A stretch of DNA of 64,000 nucleotides from Sedimentisphaerales bacterium. Its GTDB lineage: Bacteria > Planctomycetota > Phycisphaerae > Sedimentisphaerales > SM23-30. Below the pieces are notes generated by a model. It was given only the letters and a program-made list of their open reading frames with translations, was not told where the DNA came from and searched no databases. Every line of letters begins with the position of its first letter. The stretch's first letter is position 1. Positions 40,039 to 49,706 of this stretch are shown piece by piece. The position numbers and the translations under genes were made by a program. The DNA lies in assembly GCA_963663805.2 (NCBI GenBank), contig CAXXMR010000007.1:1-64000 (forward strand), written 5' to 3'.

Positions 40039-41601
40039 ATGACAAAAAATAATATCCATCTAATTTCGCATTTCTCACCCCGACGGTCTGGCTGTTTCTG
40101 TCTGTTAATAGTTTCATTATTGGTACTATCCGGCTGCCGCACCGTTCCCAATTTTCCCGACCGGGCTCTTTGTGTCAAACCCGCGGAACAAGGGCGCTGG
40201 GTTTACTGGGACACCGACGATGACAATATCTCCGATTATTGCCAATACCAGGACACCTCCGGCAGAAAAACTAAGCTCGCATTTCGTACTCAAACAGTTT
40301 CGACAAACTCTGAAGATTTGACATTCCACAAGCTCAATGCCCCCGGACCTGCCGACCAATGGACCCAACTTATCAATCTGGACGATGCGGTTCCCGATGC
40401 GCCCCACTTTATAATAATTCTTGACGGAGCCCCCTGGCATCTTGTTGATATGCTCTATCGCGAGGGGCATTTTCGCCTGTTCTATCCACCCAAGAAAGTT
40501 ATCAGCTGTTTCCCCAGTATGACCGACCTAGCTTTTTCGAGGGTTTTCGGTACTCGCCAACCCATCGCTTATCAAGCTCGATATTTCGATCGAGAAACCA
40601 ACCGTATCGAAGGCGGCGATACAGCCTATATGGACGGCAATAACGCCGGATGGTGGCAGAAACTTCAGTACCGTGCTACCCCTCGCGCGGTCGCATTGGC
40701 CTATATTCAACCCGAAATGATGTGGGACCATGAACTGCGTCAGATGGCAGATTTATTCAGCAAAGCTGACACCGGTACAACTATTGTTTACAGTATGGCC
40801 TCGGCGGGACTGGGTACGCAGGGCGGACGTGAAGCAATGCTTGATTACCTCAGAACAGTCGACCTGCTCTGCGAAAAAAATGTCCATGAACGGCAGGGAA
40901 AGGTAAAAATCTCCATCTTTGCTGACCACGGTCACGGCATGGCAGGTCGCCGAAGGGTTACTTTCGATGATGTACTCATCAACAACGGCTATAATCCCTC
41001 AGGCAGGCTCGACAACCCCAATGACGTTGTCGCGGTGGAGTTCGGCCTGGTCAATTACGCAGCCTTTTTCACTAACGAACCCGCTGGAACAGCCCGGGCT
41101 ATTCTTTCGGACCCCGTGACCAGTCTGGCTTGTTACCCTGATGGCGATTCGGTCATCGTCCGCACCATCGAATACCAGGCCCGCATCCAAAAATCAGGCA
41201 ATGGTTACATTTACATTATGGATGACGGCGACCCCCTTAATCTCGCCGATACTATCGAACGATTACGACAGGCGGGCAAAGTTACCCCCGAAGGCATTAT
41301 TGACGACCAGGCTTTTTTTCAGGCCACGATAAACCATGAATATCCAGATGCGTTAAGAAGAATTTATTTTGCGTTTAACGGCCTCGTCCAGAAACCCGCC
41401 GACTTGATAGTCTGCCTCCGCGAAGGATACAGCCACGGGAAATTATTCTTCGACCTGGCGCTCGGTCGGGCCGTTAGTGCACACGGCTCACTCAACCAGT
41501 TGAACTCAGCCACGTTTATGCTTACCATGTGGGCTGACGGACCACCGGCCCTGCGTCTGGAAGATGTTTTACCCTGCCTGGACAAGCTGGCCGAAAAATA
41601 A
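40039..41601 (+). CDS. Lipoprotein of the alkaline phosphatase/phosphodiesterase superfamily
   Basis: Lipobox LSGC; IILDG, FPSMT, FADHG and AHGSL metal/nucleophile motifs. Confidence 0.7.
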   Translation: MTKNNIHLISHFSPRRSGCFCLLIVSLLVLSGCRTVPNFPDRALCVKPAEQGRWVYWDTDDDNISDYCQYQDTSGRKTKLAFRTQTVSTNSEDLTFHKLNAPGPADQWTQLINLDDAVPDAPHFIIILDGAPWHLVDMLYREGHFRLFYPPKKVISCFPSMTDLAFSRVFGTRQPIAYQARYFDRETNRIEGGDTAYMDGNNAGWWQKLQYRATPRAVALAYIQPEMMWDHELRQMADLFSKADTGTTIVYSMASAGLGTQGGREAMLDYLRTVDLLCEKNVHERQGKVKISIFADHGHGMAGRRRVTFDDVLINNGYNPSGRLDNPNDVVAVEFGLVNYAAFFTNEPAGTARAILSDPVTSLACYPDGDSVIVRTIEYQARIQKSGNGYIYIMDDGDPLNLADTIERLRQAGKVTPEGIIDDQAFFQATINHEYPDALRRIYFAFNGLVQKPADLIVCLREGYSHGKLFFDLALGRAVSAHGSLNQLNSATFMLTMWADGPPALRLEDVLPCLDKLAEK

Positions 41602-41617
41602 CCAAATGAGGAGAATT

Positions 41618-42220
41618 ATGGCAAATTTTGATAAAAAAAAGTTTCGGTTCGTAATGGCGCTCACGCTCTTACGTGTTCCAATCGCAGCCATTTTCGCCAT
41701 TTTGCTCATCTGCTGTCCCGACACACCTGAGCGACTCGGCCTTTATCGCATAGCTATTGGTGTATTGCTGCTGGGCTTAATCGAAGTCACCGACGTTATG
41801 GATGGTTTTCTCGCTCGTCGCTGGGGGGTCGTCACCGAATGGGGGGCCATGCTCGACCCTTACGCCGACAGTACCGCCCGACTTGTGGTCTACTGGACCC
41901 TGGCTGTCAGCGGACTGGCCAGCGTTCTGGTACCCCTGGTCATGGCTCTTCGCGATATAACCGTAGCCTATTGCCGGGTGACCTTAACCCGTGGCGGGCA
42001 ATCGGTTTCTGCAAAACTTAGCGGTAAAATCAAAGCTGTGGTCCAGGGAGCGGCCGCATTTGGACTGGTGACCGGCCCATTGTACTGGAATCACACCGGA
42101 CTTTGGCCCAAAACCATATTTTCCGCCATTGTGATTCTTGTAACGGCCATCTCCGTGGCAGAATATTTAATTGCCGCAATAAAATCTTCGATACCCCAAA
42201 AAACTGATAATAGCTTGTAA
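41618..42220 (+). CDS. CDP-alcohol phosphatidyltransferase (PgsA-like)
   Basis: TDVMDGFLARRWGVVTEWGAMLDPYAD signature. Confidence 0.92.
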   Translation: MANFDKKKFRFVMALTLLRVPIAAIFAILLICCPDTPERLGLYRIAIGVLLLGLIEVTDVMDGFLARRWGVVTEWGAMLDPYADSTARLVVYWTLAVSGLASVLVPLVMALRDITVAYCRVTLTRGGQSVSAKLSGKIKAVVQGAAAFGLVTGPLYWNHTGLWPKTIFSAIVILVTAISVAEYLIAAIKSSIPQKTDNSL

Positions 42221-42289
42221 TGTATAGCTTTAGTCAGTTATGCCAACGTCCAAATAACATTTCGGACAGTCCAACACTCTTTTTTGGGC

Positions 42290-42318
42290 TTGACAAATCC
42301 ACATTTATCAAGTATTTT
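42290..42318 (+). promoter_or_regulatory. Sigma70-type promoter of the PEP-CTERM gene
   Basis: TTGACA-N17-TATTTT. Confidence 0.5.
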
Positions 42319-42499
42319 TAACACTCGGTGAGAGGTGAGAGAGAAGTCCCCTCTTAACTCTGAAGTGTGTATTTGTGGCTGTGTTTACCCGTTTACGGGT
42401 GCGTGTGTGTGATTGTGCCTGATTTTCAGGCGGTGAGAGAAGACTTAAACCTCGTTATGGAACGTATTTAAGGACGTTCCGGGAAGAAGGAGAGTCCTT

Positions 42500-43195
42500 A
42501 TGAAGAAGCTGTTAGTGTTTCTGGCAATTGGATTGCTGTTTAGTTCCGTCGCTTATGCGACCAGCAGTCCTATAGTTCAGACAAAGTATTACGATGATGA
42601 AGTGATCAACATTAGTGACACGATGACGTTTGATAAGTTTGACCCTGCGTTGGGTACTTTGAATTACGTCAAATTGACCCTGTCATTGGAAGTCGTTTCC
42701 GGTGGATTTGTTGCAGATAATGACAGTACGTCCCCGGCAACTGTAAGCTACACTTGGTTAATTGTTGCAGGTCTGATTTCCAGTGACGTATTTATCAGTC
42801 CTGCGGTTGGTTTCACGATGTCTGATACGGTGTTGGTATCCTTGGATGGCGACCCTGATTATGACGGAACCAATGACCCACAAGCAGCGATTATTGATGG
42901 GACCGCACCGGATGGCCATGTCTTGGATATTACTGGCGAAAGCGATAGTAGTTCCCAGTTTATGGCGGTTGGGGCAGCCATGAATAGCTATATCGGGCCT
43001 GGTACCTTTGACATTGATCTCACGGCTATCCGTGATTTTGAAATCTCCGGTGGTAGTGGTGTTGAAGGTGGGTATACCAATATGCTAGCTGATGGTTTTG
43101 TTGAAGTTGAGTACTGTTACACAGTACCCGAACCGATGACCATGAGTCTGCTGGCTCTGGGTGGTCTGGCAGTTGTTCGCAGAAAACGTTCCTAA
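42500..43195 (+). CDS. PEP-CTERM surface protein (choice-of-anchor E-like domain)
   Basis: Signal peptide; FDKFDPALGTL; C-terminus YCYTVPEPMTMSLLALGGLAVVRRKRS. Confidence 0.92.
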   Translation: MKKLLVFLAIGLLFSSVAYATSSPIVQTKYYDDEVINISDTMTFDKFDPALGTLNYVKLTLSLEVVSGGFVADNDSTSPATVSYTWLIVAGLISSDVFISPAVGFTMSDTVLVSLDGDPDYDGTNDPQAAIIDGTAPDGHVLDITGESDSSSQFMAVGAAMNSYIGPGTFDIDLTAIRDFEISGGSGVEGGYTNMLADGFVEVEYCYTVPEPMTMSLLALGGLAVVRRKRS

Positions 43196-43217
43196 GCGTT
43201 TTCAGTGCCTAAATATT

Positions 43218-43255
43218 AAGGGCTGAGAGTCGTGAGACTTTCAGCCCTTTTTTTA
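43218..43255 (+). terminator. Intrinsic terminator between the PEP-CTERM gene and the phage-like module
   Basis: aagggctgagagtc-gtga-gactttcagccctt stem followed by a T run. Confidence 0.8.
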
Positions 43256-43302
43256 TCCCCTCCCGCACAGCCAATTTACCAACGCACAGCCAATTTACCA
43301 AA

Positions 43303-43932
43303 TTATACCTTTTGTTTAATTGTCGCCACCAACGACCGCGTTTCCACGCTTTGACTCTTCTGGGCCTCCTTAAACTGGCTGGAAACCTCCGGATTCTGCT
43401 GTTTGAAAAGCTCATTGCCGACAATAACCTCTTCAAGTGCTTTACTTTTTTGTCGGGCCGCTACCAGCAACGCCGCCGCCTTAGTACCCCAGACGCCACC
43501 CAGTAACCCCGCCAAGCCAATACCTAACTCCAGAACATTATCAGCGACCTGCCAGGTATCAGGTCGCAATATCGCTGAATTATACGCAGACTCGGTGATT
43601 AAGGAATTATTCTCACTCAACAAATCAGCCATAGTGCCTGTAGCCGGCAATGATTCCGGCATCCCATAATACGCCAGAAATATCTCACCCTGCCTCTCTG
43701 CCCGGTCGGTTAGAGACTTAAGCTGCGTCGAAGCCTCCTCCTGACGCGCCTGATTCGCCGCTGCCGCCAAAGTTTTCTGATGCAGATAAGCGTTTTGCTT
43801 CTGCTTCTCATCCGGTGCCAAACGCAATTGTCCGCAACCGGAAAAAGTGATTAGCAATAATCCCAAAATCAACACCACAAAAAACACCTTAGTTTTTTCA
43901 CCCTGTCCCATCATCAGCCTCCTGTCATTCAC
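43303..43932 (-). CDS. Lipoprotein with a second hydrophobic segment (spanin-like topology)
   Basis: LLLITFSGC lipobox; LELGIGLAGLLGGVWG segment; start overlaps the upstream stop. Confidence 0.6.
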   Translation of the reverse strand: MNDRRLMMGQGEKTKVFFVVLILGLLLITFSGCGQLRLAPDEKQKQNAYLHQKTLAAAANQARQEEASTQLKSLTDRAERQGEIFLAYYGMPESLPATGTMADLLSENNSLITESAYNSAILRPDTWQVADNVLELGIGLAGLLGGVWGTKAAALLVAARQKSKALEEVIVGNELFKQQNPEVSSQFKEAQKSQSVETRSLVATIKQKV

Positions 43933-44258
43933 AAGTTACTATCGTTATTAACACCAACAGAAAAAGTAATATTACGTTTGTCCCCCCAAGCATCACCCGC
44001 CTGTATCCTCTCCAAATCCCGCAAACGAATTTCAAAATCATCCGATAGCTGTGACAAATCTCTAATTTGCTCCCGGTTTTCGATATTAGACTCAATAATC
44101 CGAGCCAAATCCTGTCTTATCAGCATCAACTCATTCTGCAAATCATTCCAGGCCGTCACCAGCATTACCAGCAAAGCCAGCACATGCAGTACCGTCCCCA
44201 AAGTTATCTCTCGCCGAAACTGCCAACCCGTATGTTTTTTTAAATTCACCCTGGCCAT
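43929..44258 (-). CDS. Small TM + coiled-coil protein (holin-like)
   Basis: ITLGTVLHVLALLVMLVTAW followed by heptads; GAGGAGG RBS. Confidence 0.55.
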   Translation of the reverse strand: MARVNLKKHTGWQFRREITLGTVLHVLALLVMLVTAWNDLQNELMLIRQDLARIIESNIENREQIRDLSQLSDDFEIRLRDLERIQAGDAWGDKRNITFSVGVNNDSNL

Positions 44259-44281
44259 AACACCTCCTCACACCTCACCGC

Positions 44282-46096
44282 TCAGCTAAAACTAATCTTA
44301 GTTCGCCAGTCGTTCTCAAGCTCAAACTTGACCTGGCCAATCTGGGGACGATAACCGGAACGCAATGACATACTGGAAACATCTAAATTTCGCCCCGAAA
44401 CCTTATCTATGACGGCTCCCGGCTTAATATCAGCCCGCAGCCAGGGCAGCCTAATTTGCCCTGTAAGCTCCTCGCGCCTCAATAACGCTAATTGATTTCG
44501 TACCCTCTCACGCAAAGAAGCCTTATCGTCAACCACATCAGCCAAACTCAATTGCCCAGACTTATCACCCCAGAAAACACTCTCGGAAGTAACCTGTTTA
44601 TATTCAAACAAACCGCCCCAGTCATAACAAACCCGACGCACCGGCCGCATAGTATCTATCGACCCATCATTCACCACCACCTCCAATCGCTCATCCGAAA
44701 TAACCGAAGCGGTAACCCTCAATCGCAACGTATTGCCTAAAATCGCCGCCTGCATCTCACCGCTAAACTCATTACTGCTCAGATAAACCCCGCACTCATC
44801 CTGCAAATTATGAAACATTCCCGGATATTTCTGCCACTCACTACCGCCGTCATAAGACACCTCAAGATAATAACCCAAAGATTCGCCGTGCATGTCACGA
44901 CTAAGGCAGGGCCAAAATCTCCTCTTGCGTTTTTCATAAAGCCCAGTCCCCAGCAAAGCACTCAAATCATAAGCCGCACCACGCGAATAAGGTTCACCGC
45001 TGTATGCCCCCGATTCATTCAAAACCCACCGCCGATAAACATCTTTCACCAAAGCGAAATTTTCGTTATGTTCCGGCGAATAAAATTCAAAATCATTGCC
45101 TTCCAGCCCCGAATCCCACCCCCCTAACAATTCAAACGTGCCTTCAAACCGCTTATAATCTCCCCTGCCTACAACCTGAATACTCTCGGATAAACATTTA
45201 CTTTTCAAACTGCATTCAGATAAATTCGTTTCGCGTAAATTTAGTTCGTTACCCGCCCTTTGATGGGATAACAGAACCTTCCTTCCCTTGCCAATCTCAT
45301 AAAAACAAAATTTCGTGCGACATCTCTGCCCCTCAACCGGCACATAATCAACAAAATAGTTTAAACCAACTTCATGGCAAACTTTATCCAACGCCCCCAG
45401 GATACTCATGCCCGCAACATCAACATCACGCAAAATATGACCGCCAGCTAAACCCTCCAGATATTCGTAATCCTCCGCCTTCGTTACCATATTCGAAAAA
45501 TAAATACTCGCTAGGTACCAGATCGCCTTGGCCCCGCTCCAATGCTTTCCCTGCCCCGTATTGCAAAAAACATGACCCGAATATCCGTCTCCGGAAACTT
45601 TATTCAACGAACAGTTGGGCCTTCCCGTCGGATTAAAGACCACTTTTTCTCCGTTCAAATGAATTATATCACTGCCATTCCAAACCCTGATGCCGTCAAT
45701 CGCCTTACGATCATAAGCTGCCCGGTCACAACCATAAACATCCATCAACTCTTGTCGGCCCGACATATCGACCTGTCCCTGAAAAACCACCCCCTCAAAT
45801 AAAGGCCATCGTATCTTCTGATTGCCAATCGCGTCAGCATTGGTTTCCAGCACAACCATTATTCGCTGACCCGACCGGGCACACGTTGCCATATTTTCAA
45901 GACGAGCCTCAGAACCGGACAAGTTTTCTTTAACCGCCAAACAAACTTGATTCAATGCGGAACCAGCTCTGTATATTATTTGCTTTACTCCCAGCCAGTC
46001 CGCTCGCTCACCGTCAATCTCAACCAATAGCTCAGGAGACTTAAAACAAAATTGGCTGGGCCGTGGGTCATAAAAAGTCACAATATTGTCTGCCAC
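44282..46096 (-). CDS. Phage tail/baseplate hub-like protein
   Basis: 604 aa, beta-rich; LFEGVV, DVAGMSILGALDKVC and DIKPGAVI...IGQVKF resemble hub/late-control-D patterns; position in the module. Confidence 0.5.
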   Translation of the reverse strand: MADNIVTFYDPRPSQFCFKSPELLVEIDGERADWLGVKQIIYRAGSALNQVCLAVKENLSGSEARLENMATCARSGQRIMVVLETNADAIGNQKIRWPLFEGVVFQGQVDMSGRQELMDVYGCDRAAYDRKAIDGIRVWNGSDIIHLNGEKVVFNPTGRPNCSLNKVSGDGYSGHVFCNTGQGKHWSGAKAIWYLASIYFSNMVTKAEDYEYLEGLAGGHILRDVDVAGMSILGALDKVCHEVGLNYFVDYVPVEGQRCRTKFCFYEIGKGRKVLLSHQRAGNELNLRETNLSECSLKSKCLSESIQVVGRGDYKRFEGTFELLGGWDSGLEGNDFEFYSPEHNENFALVKDVYRRWVLNESGAYSGEPYSRGAAYDLSALLGTGLYEKRKRRFWPCLSRDMHGESLGYYLEVSYDGGSEWQKYPGMFHNLQDECGVYLSSNEFSGEMQAAILGNTLRLRVTASVISDERLEVVVNDGSIDTMRPVRRVCYDWGGLFEYKQVTSESVFWGDKSGQLSLADVVDDKASLRERVRNQLALLRREELTGQIRLPWLRADIKPGAVIDKVSGRNLDVSSMSLRSGYRPQIGQVKFELENDWRTKISFS

Positions 46097-46110
46097 TTCA
46101 ACCTCCTGAT

Positions 46111-46428
46111 TTAGTCCGCCACTCTTAGACGCACTATTGACAAAGTACCCAACTCCTGCCTGCCTGTCCCGGAAATACGTCGTACAGCATAAAAAATATC
46201 ACTGCCCGAAACATGCCCTAACGAATCTGTAACCTCAAAATCACCTGCCATATCTGCAACCACCACTATCGAGTCATAATCAATGTTGTCAATGGTATCC
46301 CCACCTCGATAAATCGTATAACAATCCTGCCGCCTCACCCAGAAATCACCTTCCAGCAAACTCTGGCAGAGCAAAACACCATTACCAAAATCACCTTCGG
46401 TTAAACTGTTGAATAAATTGCTATCCAT
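46111..46428 (-). CDS. Hypothetical FN3/Ig-like phage protein
   Basis: YTIYRG...FYAVRRIS..G.QE pattern; translationally coupled to the upstream gene. Confidence 0.55.
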   Translation of the reverse strand: MDSNLFNSLTEGDFGNGVLLCQSLLEGDFWVRRQDCYTIYRGGDTIDNIDYDSIVVVADMAGDFEVTDSLGHVSGSDIFYAVRRISGTGRQELGTLSIVRLRVAD

Positions 46429-46874
46429 TATTCCACCGCCTTCGGCAGCCTCGTCAATACTCCATTGGCATCAACCATTTCCAGTTTCATTTCGGAACTG
46501 ACCCCATCTGTCTTGAATATCTCAACCTCCCCATCAGCCTTGCTCTGGCTGCCCTTATGAGCAATCCGCGCCAGCCCCAACCCGCGTAATGTAACCGCCA
46601 CAGGCTTATACCTGTACGCGTCAGCTAACTCTTCCCCACCGTCTATCACCCCCACCAAATCTTCCGTTACTGCATCCCAGGGGCTGCTCCCAAAAGTAAT
46701 ATCAAAACAATACCAACCCGGAGCATTAGCCGCCGAAACCTCACTTATCGCAGACCCGGTATTAGCCGCCGTTGTCTTATCTACGCCATCCTCTGCTGTT
46801 GCCAAACCTTTCCATACGGGATTCAAATCAGCCACCGGCCCATCGTCATCCGAAAAATAAACATAATATAACAT
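46428..46874 (-). CDS. Hypothetical phage structural protein
   Basis: ATG 46874 with AGGAG RBS; coupled to both neighbours. Confidence 0.6.
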   Translation of the reverse strand: MLYYVYFSDDDGPVADLNPVWKGLATAEDGVDKTTAANTGSAISEVSAANAPGWYCFDITFGSSPWDAVTEDLVGVIDGGEELADAYRYKPVAVTLRGLGLARIAHKGSQSKADGEVEIFKTDGVSSEMKLEMVDANGVLTRLPKAVE

Positions 46875-46875
46875 T

Positions 46876-48387
46876 TCAAAATACTCCTGTGACAGAACCG
46901 TTAAAAGATTGAACATCCCCACGATTACGTACGGTATGAAGCGTGTCTAACGCACCAATCACCGAATTGCCAGATTCTAAAACATCACCGCCGGCCCCTA
47001 CCAGTGGACTATATGGCTTTGGCGAAAAATCCTTCTCGCCATCAGCGATATTCATGAAATAAGGCTCGCCTGTTATATTACACCCCTGGCCGTAATTCGC
47101 CCAATCACTATCCGAAACTTCCCAGGCATGAGCCATGCCGTTGCCATAAGCATGATTATGAGAAAACGCCGCACATGATTTGGCAGGCAAGTCAAAACCA
47201 TATGTGCCATTGTTGCACGAGGTATTATTAAAAATGGACCAAGAAAACGTTATACTGGACATTTCTATGCCACTATTAGCGTTACCGTAGAATACGTTGC
47301 CAATTACCGCACACTGCGCACAACTGGTATTGCCAACGCCGAGACCATGCCCGAAACCATCCTTGCCATTGTTACAACTGATGCTATTCAGAAACAAAAG
47401 ATGCTGAGCATACAAATGAATGCCGTGCGAATCATTATCATGAATATTACAGCACTCTATTTTTAAGTCCTTGCCGATGGTGTGTACATATAGCCCACAC
47501 CCACCATTCAAGTAAAACTCGCAATTCAGCATCGATGATTCTTTGCCGGACACGTAAACCCCATGCTGAGAAGCTCCGTGAAATTTACAACCCCTGAAAA
47601 CGGCGGCTCCATAAAAAGAGGTCTGAACAACTTTTACACAATACGCCGCACAATCGCTGTCCTTGCCCCCGCTGTCAAAATCAATATGGGAAAAATCGTA
47701 AAATGTAGCTTCAGTTAAATTCAATAAGCCGTTAGGCAATGTTTGATTGGTCGTGACCTTCAGTAATTGTGGCTGGCTAAAATCGTTATTCATGCCCACC
47801 ACGCAAATTTTAGCAAATATTGAACCACTGTTTGTGTCGCAGTCTATCGTATCATTAATCGTTATTGTTCCCTCATTCATCTCCAAATCACCATTAATCC
47901 AAATATGACGATTAAACTCAGTAGCATCATTCATTGGGTCATCAAAAGCATTTTGCAAACCGGTACCGCCCCCAAAATCATCGCCAATAGCCCCGCCAAC
48001 ATATACACTGATACCGCTGTCATCGTCCGATGGCAACTCACTTGTGCTGGTATCAACTATGACTATTGTATTGTCATCTACTCTATTAATCACATATCTA
48101 CCGTTAGCGCCTCCGTATTCGCCGCTCCACGAAATAAAGGCAATAGTACCATTAACTACCCCCAGACCAAGACCAGTAGCCGTTAATCTAAAAGAAGATA
48201 AATCATAACTCGCAGTATATGAGTACGTCTTCGCCTCGCCGTTGTCACCCATAAAATCAGCTACGCTTCCAGACGCCTCCCAAGCCGCCATAGTGCAACC
48301 ACCTCCATTCATAGGACCACAGCCCAGCATATTGCCCGTCCCTCCTACAAACATTATCGTTTCAGACCTCGGTGCTTCGTATGACAT
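46876..48387 (-). CDS. Right-handed beta-helix (pectin lyase fold) tailspike-like protein
   Basis: Repeated N..GI/GV beta-helix turns (NCEFYLNGGCGL, NIHDNDSHGI, NVFYGNANSGI); DFSP..SPLVGAG...IGA cap. Confidence 0.7.
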   Translation of the reverse strand: MSYEAPRSETIMFVGGTGNMLGCGPMNGGGCTMAAWEASGSVADFMGDNGEAKTYSYTASYDLSSFRLTATGLGLGVVNGTIAFISWSGEYGGANGRYVINRVDDNTIVIVDTSTSELPSDDDSGISVYVGGAIGDDFGGGTGLQNAFDDPMNDATEFNRHIWINGDLEMNEGTITINDTIDCDTNSGSIFAKICVVGMNNDFSQPQLLKVTTNQTLPNGLLNLTEATFYDFSHIDFDSGGKDSDCAAYCVKVVQTSFYGAAVFRGCKFHGASQHGVYVSGKESSMLNCEFYLNGGCGLYVHTIGKDLKIECCNIHDNDSHGIHLYAQHLLFLNSISCNNGKDGFGHGLGVGNTSCAQCAVIGNVFYGNANSGIEMSSITFSWSIFNNTSCNNGTYGFDLPAKSCAAFSHNHAYGNGMAHAWEVSDSDWANYGQGCNITGEPYFMNIADGEKDFSPKPYSPLVGAGGDVLESGNSVIGALDTLHTVRNRGDVQSFNGSVTGVF

Positions 48388-48734
48388 TATTCACCACCTC
48401 CATCATGCCAGATAATCGTGCCCAAACGACCGTCACGTTTTATTGGCTCAACTTCAAAACCGCCCTTACTGGCAAACCTGTTATCAACCGCGTTGCGATC
48501 ATGCTCTCCACCGCGAAGCTGAGCAGCAATAAACAAAACATCCGCCTCGAACTCTTTTTCCGCTAAATCTTTCTCCAATAATCGCAAAATCGAAGCCTGC
48601 CAACGACGCCATGATTCTGCCTGAGACAAATCCAGACCCATATCGTCAGCCGTTAAAGACGCTATCGCCTCACTTGTCAGCGAATGAGAATCTATGTAGT
48701 TTTTTACTATTTGAAATATCGTTCGATTACGCAT
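48387..48734 (-). CDS. Hypothetical protein
   Basis: 115 aa, coupled to both neighbours. Confidence 0.6.
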   Translation of the reverse strand: MRNRTIFQIVKNYIDSHSLTSEAIASLTADDMGLDLSQAESWRRWQASILRLLEKDLAEKEFEADVLFIAAQLRGGEHDRNAVDNRFASKGGFEVEPIKRDGRLGTIIWHDGGGE

Positions 48735-48735
48735 C

Positions 48736-49692
48736 TTATGACCTCGTATATGCTACCCACACTGCCGTCAAATACATCGCCTCCGTGGTATGCCCCTGAG
48801 GAGTCAGCTCAACCGTTAATGTCCGGGCTCCATCTGGAACATCATCAGAGCTAATCGAAATGACTAGCTCCTCATAACTCGACGAAGCCGCCGCCTGAAC
48901 CGCTGATTCTTCAACCTTAGCATTACCCTCATCAAAATAACAGTCCGCGTCCCAGCCGGCCGCGTTCGTCGTACCTGCCGAAGCACCCCGTAAGTGAATC
49001 TCAACCGACCCGCTACTGTCAATATCGGCACCCAACGGCACCTGAAAAACCACCGCGTTCTGACTACCCGCCGCCCAGCTCAGCCTCAAACAGCTATCCG
49101 TATCACCGTCAATAAATTCCAGACCAGGACTTGTATCAGTACACAGCAGCCCGCCGCCACTGGCCGCACCTGGAATATTATTACCTGACACTGCACGCAA
49201 ATTCGCCAGACTTACCGGAACAACCGTTTTTCTGCCCTTCTCAACCCCGCCCGGCATAAACCACATGTGACCGCCCCGTGCATCAGTGATGGAACTAACA
49301 TCACCCCCGCTCGTAACAACCTCTGCCAGGCGAATATGACTAACACTCGAAACCGGCCAATCTGAATACTCAGTCGTAACCAGATTGCCGTTACCATCCA
49401 GATAAACATAAATATGCTCTTTGTCATCCGCCAGCGACACCTCACTAACTCCGGCATACTCACACAGACTCAAACCATCCCAGTATTTCCCCGCCTTAAC
49501 GCCAATCTTCAAGCCGCCCGCATCAAAAACCCGCAAATCATTTGCTCGCTTCGTGGCCTCCAGCAAACGATAAAGAAGCTTGCGAAACTCCAGATAATAA
49601 GGTGCCTTGCCCGTCTCAATATATTCAACACCAGTCTCGCCTTCACTCGAAAGATTCAGCAACTCGTTATCACTTGGGTACACTTCCGCCAT
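48736..49692 (-). CDS. Phage tail/fiber-associated protein
   Basis: YVYLDGNGNL...HIRLAEVVTSGGDVSSITDAR anchor-type motif, then a beta-sandwich-like C-terminus; AGGAGG RBS. Confidence 0.55.
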   Translation of the reverse strand: MAEVYPSDNELLNLSSEGETGVEYIETGKAPYYLEFRKLLYRLLEATKRANDLRVFDAGGLKIGVKAGKYWDGLSLCEYAGVSEVSLADDKEHIYVYLDGNGNLVTTEYSDWPVSSVSHIRLAEVVTSGGDVSSITDARGGHMWFMPGGVEKGRKTVVPVSLANLRAVSGNNIPGAASGGGLLCTDTSPGLEFIDGDTDSCLRLSWAAGSQNAVVFQVPLGADIDSSGSVEIHLRGASAGTTNAAGWDADCYFDEGNAKVEESAVQAAASSSYEELVISISSDDVPDGARTLTVELTPQGHTTEAMYLTAVWVAYTRS

Positions 49693-49706
49693 AATATCCT
49701 CCTGGC

